From positions 1 through 30,458 of the forward strand of contig CALIBN010000034.1 in assembly GCA_938045545.1 (NCBI GenBank): a stretch of 30,458 bases of DNA, read 5' to 3'. The DNA is from an uncultured archaeon. GTDB lineage: Archaea > Thermoproteota > EX4484-205 > JAAOZP01. Shown piece by piece: positions 25,445 to 30,458 of this stretch. Position 1 is the first letter of the stretch; every line of letters begins with the position of its first letter. Made by a program: the position numbers and the translations under genes. The notes below the pieces were generated by a model. That model was not told where the DNA came from. It made no database searches and was given only the letters and a program-made list of their open reading frames with translations.

Positions 25445-26368
25445 ATGCGTTTAACCACAACAGTTATCGGAAGTTTCCCGAGGCTTCATGAGGATCTTAA
25501 AAAGGCGATTAGGCTCGCCGTCGACCTGCAGGTCGAGATAGGCATAGACATTGTTTCAGACGGGGAGCAGAGGACGGATATGCTCTCCTACCTTTCAAAC
25601 TCGATGCAGGGGTTAGAAATTGATGGTGAGAAAATCTCCATAAGGGATAGGATAAGGCCTGTGGAAACTATTGATGAGTCTTTTAAGGTTGTGGATTGCC
25701 TCGAAGCCAGAAAACGCATCCTTGAGAAAGGGTATTCGAACAGGCTGAAGATAGGGGTAACTGGACCGATAACCTTCGGCTTCTCGGCTGCGCTGAGGAA
25801 CGCCGGCCCCTATGGCAGCGTTAGGAACATGGAGCTATACAACGACGTCGCAATCGTAATAAACCGTATAGCGAGGCTCATTCAATCGTATGACTGTTTA
25901 GTCCAGATTGACGAGCCGGGGGTGAGCGCGGGCTTCCTGCCTCCGAATAAAGCTCTGGAGCCCCTTAACATTGCGACTGAGAGTCTGGACCCAAAGCTGA
26001 CAAGCATACATGCCTGTGGGAAATTGAATCCGAAGGCATTAAAATCCCTGAGTATGGTGAGAAACGTGAGTGCTCTTAGTTTAGAGTTCGCAGGCTCTAT
26101 TGAGAACATCGATCTCATGTCTAGGAACATTATTGAGGAAAGCAGCAAAAAAATAGGAGTAGGATGCATGAAGGTAAACATCTTGTCGATGAATGATCTA
26201 ACCCGTCCCGAAAAGGCGGTTGAAATAATCAGAAAAATGGTTTCAAAAATTGGTTTAGAGAACATCAGTTACATTCATCCTGATTGTGGAATGAGAAGGA
26301 CGAGGCCTGACTTGGTTGCTCTGATCCTAAGAAACCTGATCAATGCTTCAAAATCTCCATATGTCTGA
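25445..26368 (+). CDS. metE: Short core cobalamin-independent methionine synthase family protein (MetE C-terminal domain only)
   Basis: TTVIGSFPR, SDGEQR.DM, TGPIT, QIDEP, zinc ligands H-A-C, E and HPDCG. 307 aa, lacking the N-terminal barrel of full-length MetE. Confidence 0.82.
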   Translation: MRLTTTVIGSFPRLHEDLKKAIRLAVDLQVEIGIDIVSDGEQRTDMLSYLSNSMQGLEIDGEKISIRDRIRPVETIDESFKVVDCLEARKRILEKGYSNRLKIGVTGPITFGFSAALRNAGPYGSVRNMELYNDVAIVINRIARLIQSYDCLVQIDEPGVSAGFLPPNKALEPLNIATESLDPKLTSIHACGKLNPKALKSLSMVRNVSALSLEFAGSIENIDLMSRNIIEESSKKIGVGCMKVNILSMNDLTRPEKAVEIIRKMVSKIGLENISYIHPDCGMRRTRPDLVALILRNLINASKSPYV

Positions 26369-26698
26369 GATCGCCGCGTATCGATAAAGGCTTGGCAGGC
26401 AGCCAAATCATTACCAACTTTTTTAGGCGGCGGTTGTGCGCTTACTTGTTGGTGCTTGAAGAAAACAGGTTTTGAAAACTATAAATAGAGTTGGAGAGTT
26501 GCTATGCAATACGTGTGGTTAATACGGTTTATCCGGAGAACTGGCAAAATCCTCCAGGTAACTCCTTCTTTTTTCATTGGTAGCGTGCTTGTAACCCGAG
26601 ACACTGAATTTTACCGTCCAAGAAGGTTTCTAATGACGAGGACAAAAGTAGTTTGCATGCAGAAGTCTTAAATCTCTAACCTTCATGTAGCAAAGCCG

Positions 26699-27760
26699 AT
26701 GAATTCTAGGGAGAGGATTCGTAAGGCCTTGGAGCTCGGAATTCCGGATAGAGTCCCAATAACGGAGACGAACTTCTGGCCTGAGACCATTGAGAAATGG
26801 CATAGGGAGGGGCTTCCAGCGAATGTCGATCCTTTAGATTACCTCTGCATGGATAGGTTCCTCTTCCTGTCTTATGATGACACCCTCGGTTTAAAGGAGA
26901 GGATCTTGGAAGAGACGGAGAAAACCATCATCAAAGTTGACTCTGATGGAGCTACCTTCAAGTATTGGAAGAAAGTATATGCTCCACCAATGCCCCTGGA
27001 TTTCCTGATAAAGAGCAGAGATGATTGGCTCCGTTACAGGGAACACTTAAAACCGGATGAAAAGAGACTAGGAAAGGATTTTGTAAAGAAGTATGAAGAG
27101 CTTAGGAGGAGAGATGGGTTTCTATGCCTTTCACAGCGAGAACCCTGCTGGAAGGTTCTAGCTGCCCTAATGGGGATGACACGTGGATTAATGATGATGC
27201 ATAAGGATCCGGGCCTTGTCTGCGATATGATGGATATTTACACCAGCCTCCTACTGGAGATGTATGAGATCATAACCGATAAAGGAATGGAGATCGATGG
27301 GATATGGCTGAGAGGGGATTTAGCCTATAAGAACGGCATGCTCTTCTCACCAAGGCTCTACGATGACTTGTTATATCCTCACCACAAGAGGATCACTGAT
27401 TTCTTCAGATCTAAAGGAATACCTGTTATTCACCATATCGATGGGGACGTGCGTCAGTACATTCCACTGATAATAAAGTCTGGGTTCAGCGCCGTTCAAC
27501 CCTTAGAATCAAGGGCTAACAATGATGTTCGAGAGCTTAAGGAGAAGTGGGATACGAAGATATGTTTCATCGGGAACATAAGCGTAGAGGCGTTAAGCAG
27601 GTCGAGAAAACAGGTAGAGGAGGAGGTTAGGAGCAAGGTTTTGAAAGCTAAGGAAGGCGGGGGCTACATATTCCATTCTGATCACTCAATCCCACCGACC
27701 GTAAGCTGGGAAAACTACATTTACGCCATAAAAATAGCCAAGGAAGTGGGACAATATTAG
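26699..27760 (+). CDS. UroD/methyltransferase-fold protein
   Basis: MNSRERIRKAL...PDRVP, GDLAYKNGMLFSP, HHIDG, QPLE, FIGNI, GGGYIFHSDHSIPPTVSWENY. Confidence 0.88.
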   Translation: MNSRERIRKALELGIPDRVPITETNFWPETIEKWHREGLPANVDPLDYLCMDRFLFLSYDDTLGLKERILEETEKTIIKVDSDGATFKYWKKVYAPPMPLDFLIKSRDDWLRYREHLKPDEKRLGKDFVKKYEELRRRDGFLCLSQREPCWKVLAALMGMTRGLMMMHKDPGLVCDMMDIYTSLLLEMYEIITDKGMEIDGIWLRGDLAYKNGMLFSPRLYDDLLYPHHKRITDFFRSKGIPVIHHIDGDVRQYIPLIIKSGFSAVQPLESRANNDVRELKEKWDTKICFIGNISVEALSRSRKQVEEEVRSKVLKAKEGGGYIFHSDHSIPPTVSWENYIYAIKIAKEVGQY

Positions 27761-27946
27761 CCATGTAGAACTGGATAGGTGTGTGTAGTTAATATTACCT
27801 GATGCCTTTGAGACTCATAATCGACACTGTTAGAGAATAGTTCTATTTGGATTAAATGTGGCTACTTAGGATAGCTTCAACACCTACTTTGGATTTCTCC
27901 TACGTGCGAGTGAAAGACATTTGTCTAGTTCCCAAGTTCTTTCTTT

Positions 27947-28795
27947 CTATGAGTCAAACTTGATTTCCGTCAGGATGTCCTTTAAATATTTCAGGTCCTC
28001 CTTTGTTTGGCGGATCAATTCTTCAAAGTTCAGTTGGTTGTATTCGCTGTGGACGGATATCGGTCCATCGAATCCAATTTTGTGGAGATAACTGAACACT
28101 TCCGACCAAGGAACTAAACCATCCCCTAACGGAACCGTTCTGACTCTCCACCTCTTTTGGCCTGTTTTCTCATCTACCTCTCTAAACCAAGCGAAGTCCT
28201 TGACTGCCACCGTTTTAATATGCTCCTGAAGTAAGTCCATGCCTATCCTCCACCCCGACGAGCCTCCTTCAACAGCCATGTGACCAGGGTCTATGTAAGC
28301 ACACACGTAGTTGGGGTCATAATCCCGAAGTAGCATCCAGAGGACGGCTGGATCAGCACTCATATAATTTCCTGAGTGAGTATGAACGGCGGCAGTGACA
28401 CCATATTCCTCACTCAACTTGTAAATTCCCTTAAGAACGTTGTTCCGTATTCTCTTAATCTGCTCTTTAATCCTGCCGAAACCCTCGTACTTCCAATAGC
28501 CCAATTTTATGAACTTAACCCCGCATTCAGAAGCAGTCTTGAAAATCTCTTTGGCACAGCTTTCGTTCGCATCCGTTACGTCTGTCGTGATCATTGGGAC
28601 GCTCAACTCTTTCGATTTGAGTATTTCAATTGCCTCAGGCAGCTTTTTTCCAACCTCCTCGGGAAGCACGTATCCTCCTCTCCTCACGGTTAGGTCGGCT
28701 CCTCTAAAGCCCATTTCAGCCATATAGTCTCCAGCCTGATCAAGTGTAAGGCCACCTGTATTCTTCAGCATCTTCGTAAACATAACCAGCTCCAT
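27947..28795 (-). CDS. Sugar-phosphate isomerase/epimerase (xylose isomerase-like TIM barrel)
   Basis: GFRGADLTVRRGG, HTHSG, YIDPGH, AVKDF, PLGDGLVPW, GFDGPISVHSEY. Confidence 0.87.
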   Translation of the reverse strand: MELVMFTKMLKNTGGLTLDQAGDYMAEMGFRGADLTVRRGGYVLPEEVGKKLPEAIEILKSKELSVPMITTDVTDANESCAKEIFKTASECGVKFIKLGYWKYEGFGRIKEQIKRIRNNVLKGIYKLSEEYGVTAAVHTHSGNYMSADPAVLWMLLRDYDPNYVCAYIDPGHMAVEGGSSGWRIGMDLLQEHIKTVAVKDFAWFREVDEKTGQKRWRVRTVPLGDGLVPWSEVFSYLHKIGFDGPISVHSEYNQLNFEELIRQTKEDLKYLKDILTEIKFDS

Positions 28796-28908
28796 GTCTT
28801 AACTCCGCTACGAGAAAAGTAGTAAGTAATAAATTTTCCTCTTTTTTAAGCTTAGAATGGGACCGATAGCGTGCACTGCATGGAGACGAGCGCGCTAGAA
28901 CCGATAAC

Positions 28909-29925
28909 TCAAGATCCGCGTTTTTTCTTCACCCATTTTTTAATAGCCTTCAACATTGCTCTCAAGTTCGAATTAGGACATGTTGGAGAAATCGCGCAAC
29001 CCGGGCTTATGATATCTACTCCGGCCTCAAGGTTTTCGAACACCTGTTTTTCTATGACCTCCGGCCCCTCCACCATTAAATCGGTAGTGTTGATGTTTCC
29101 CATGACCCTGAATTTCCCTTTAGAAAGCTCCTTCATGACCTTCGGCTTAATCATCCAGTCGAAGTTGAAGCAGGTGAGGCCTATCTCGCTGAGCAGGTTC
29201 AGCCTCGGGGTAATGTCTCCGCAGATGTGCATAATGGTTGGGCCTTTAATCCCCCTCATCATCCTCCTATGGGCTTCCAGCAGGAATTTTTCATGCATTC
29301 TGGGGGACATCGTATGTCCCCCAGCCCCTCCTTCCCCGATCGCCAGCGCATCGATCCCCACATCGAATTGGGCGTTTGCGCATTCAATCAGGATATCTGT
29401 GGCGACGTTTATGAAATGCTTGATTTTGTCCGGCTCCCTAACCATGTCGATCAACGTCTCCTTAACCCCATGCATCGCAAGGACCATGGAAAAGGGGCCC
29501 ATAACCTTCCCCAATACCGCAACCCTATCTCCATATTTCTCCTTTGCAATCCGTAAAGCCTTCAGGTAAACCTGAATTGGTTTCCTATCAAGCAAGTCCT
29601 CGGGGATGAAGGCATCCTCCGGCTTGAGCCACGGATGGGAGGCAACCGCGGGCAAATCCCTTTCACTGCCCCAATTTATCTCACACCTTAGAGCAGCCGG
29701 CTCATTGAAGTAGTTTATGATGAACGTGACTGCATCGAAACCCAAGATTTCATGGTTCGCCGCCAACAGCTTCACTAGCTTCTCGGGATCGTGATGGACC
29801 TCGGGCATATAACATCCTGTCATCTCTTGGAGTCCAACAGTCGTCAAGGCGGAAACATGGGCTAACGGAGGCTGATCAGACTCCTCTCCTTTCAAGGCGG
29901 CGAGAAACCTTTCTCTCGGAAGCAT
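28909..29925 (-). CDS. MtaA/CmuA-family methylcobamide:thiol methyltransferase (UroD fold)
   Basis: PRERFLAALKG, EVHHDPEK, EPAAL.CEI.WG, GPFS, zinc motif MHICG and SPGCAISP. Confidence 0.85.
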   Translation of the reverse strand: MLPRERFLAALKGEESDQPPLAHVSALTTVGLQEMTGCYMPEVHHDPEKLVKLLAANHEILGFDAVTFIINYFNEPAALRCEINWGSERDLPAVASHPWLKPEDAFIPEDLLDRKPIQVYLKALRIAKEKYGDRVAVLGKVMGPFSMVLAMHGVKETLIDMVREPDKIKHFINVATDILIECANAQFDVGIDALAIGEGGAGGHTMSPRMHEKFLLEAHRRMMRGIKGPTIMHICGDITPRLNLLSEIGLTCFNFDWMIKPKVMKELSKGKFRVMGNINTTDLMVEGPEVIEKQVFENLEAGVDIISPGCAISPTCPNSNLRAMLKAIKKWVKKKRGS

Positions 29926-30248
29926 TTATCCAACTGTTTTCGGTTAAGCAGCATCTTAAAAACCTATACGTTGAGACAAAGATGCTCACGTCGCATATAA
30001 GTACAGCGCTTTCTCTCGAAGGCATTGCTTCGTGAGGATGGAAGCTCAAAATTCCCTTGGAATAAGAAATTCTAAGCGTATTTCAAGTCTCACGGTATGC
30101 CTAAAAACGGCTAAAGGGCTCCAAAAGGATCCGGAAGCTTCATCAAGCATCGCATATTTTCAAAAATGCAAGAAACTAGCGCTATTCTCACCTAAAATCT
30201 TACACGTATGCTTAAATAATGAGGCATATAGAAAGAAGGTTTGAGGCC

Positions 30249-30458
30249 ATGATTAATGAGAACGATGTGCACGTCACCGGGGCTACGCTCTACTTCCTAC
30301 CCGTGAAGACACGCGTCCCCCTCAAGTTTGGCCCGGAGACCCTGACTTACGTGACCTGCGCCCGCGTGCGCCTCACCGTGGTTGATAGGTTTGGCCGCGT
30401 CGCCGAGGGCTGGGGTGAAACGCCCCTGAGCGTGCAGTGGGCTTGGCCGAGCAGAATC
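30249..30458 (+). CDS. Partial (runs off the window) enolase-superfamily protein, mandelate racemase/muconate lactonizing enzyme-like; copy B
   Basis: ATG at 30249: MINENDVHVTGATLYFLPVKTRVPLKFGPETLTYVTCARVRLTVVDRFGRVAEGWGETPLSVQWAWPSRI, open to the window end. CTTAAATA about 31-38 nt upstream and GAGG just upstream. Not in the ORF track. Confidence 0.8.
   Translation, partial: MINENDVHVTGATLYFLPVKTRVPLKFGPETLTYVTCARVRLTVVDRFGRVAEGWGETPLSVQWAWPSRI
30249..30458. repeat. Right arm of terminal inverted repeat (pairs with 1..210)
   Basis: 30318..30458 is the exact reverse complement of 1..141, and homology extends inward to the start codon. Confidence 0.97.

Noticed and set aside
26490-26575. 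Faint rubredoxin-like traces (CNTCG*, YPEN...PPG) in the intergenic gap
   Set aside because: Needs a stop codon and a frameshift and lacks the second CxxC. Too weak to call a pseudogene.
27761-27946. tRNA, C/D-box sRNA or CRISPR repeats in this and other intergenic gaps
   Set aside because: No cloverleaf or T-loop motif, no properly ordered C and D boxes and no regularly spaced repeats found by eye. A covariance-model search would be needed to exclude them fully.
28871-29569. 232-aa plus-strand ORF
   Set aside because: Antisense shadow of the MtaA-family gene with no recognisable motifs.
29950-29986. 8-bp inverted repeat AGCATCTT...AAGATGCT upstream of the MtaA-like gene
   Set aside because: Short arms with a 21-nt spacer, and I did not see it at other promoters. 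Insufficient support for an operator or hairpin.
30032-30244. 70-aa ORF upstream of the terminal gene
   Set aside because: No recognisable motif, and it overlaps the likely promoter of the 30249 gene. Probably spurious.

Overview
This 30.5-kb window is gene-dense and very probably archaeal: TATA-like boxes lie about 25-35 nt before many start codons, Arg codons are mostly AGG/AGA, the thymidylate synthase is archaeal-type, and the solute-binding protein is C-terminally anchored. The content would fit a fermentative Thermoproteota lineage such as Brockarchaeota or Bathyarchaeia, but that is inference. It is a carbohydrate and C1 metabolism island. It contains (i) a GHMP sugar kinase, an unusual 777-aa GlmU-like nucleotidyltransferase and an NDP-sugar dehydrogenase in one operon; (ii) a uronate isomerase divergent from a Gfo/Idh/MocA oxidoreductase and a TIM-barrel isomerase; (iii) a DNRLRE surface protein, an Opp/Dpp-type ABC importer, GH38 and GH127; (iv) three UroD/MtaA-fold proteins, a short core methionine synthase and ThyA. 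The two window ends are inverted copies of the 5' end of one GC-rich enolase-superfamily gene, missing from the ORF track. The terminal 141 bp are identical and the next 69 bp are about 77% identical. I saw no rRNA, tRNA, CRISPR array, transposase, integrase or transcription regulator.
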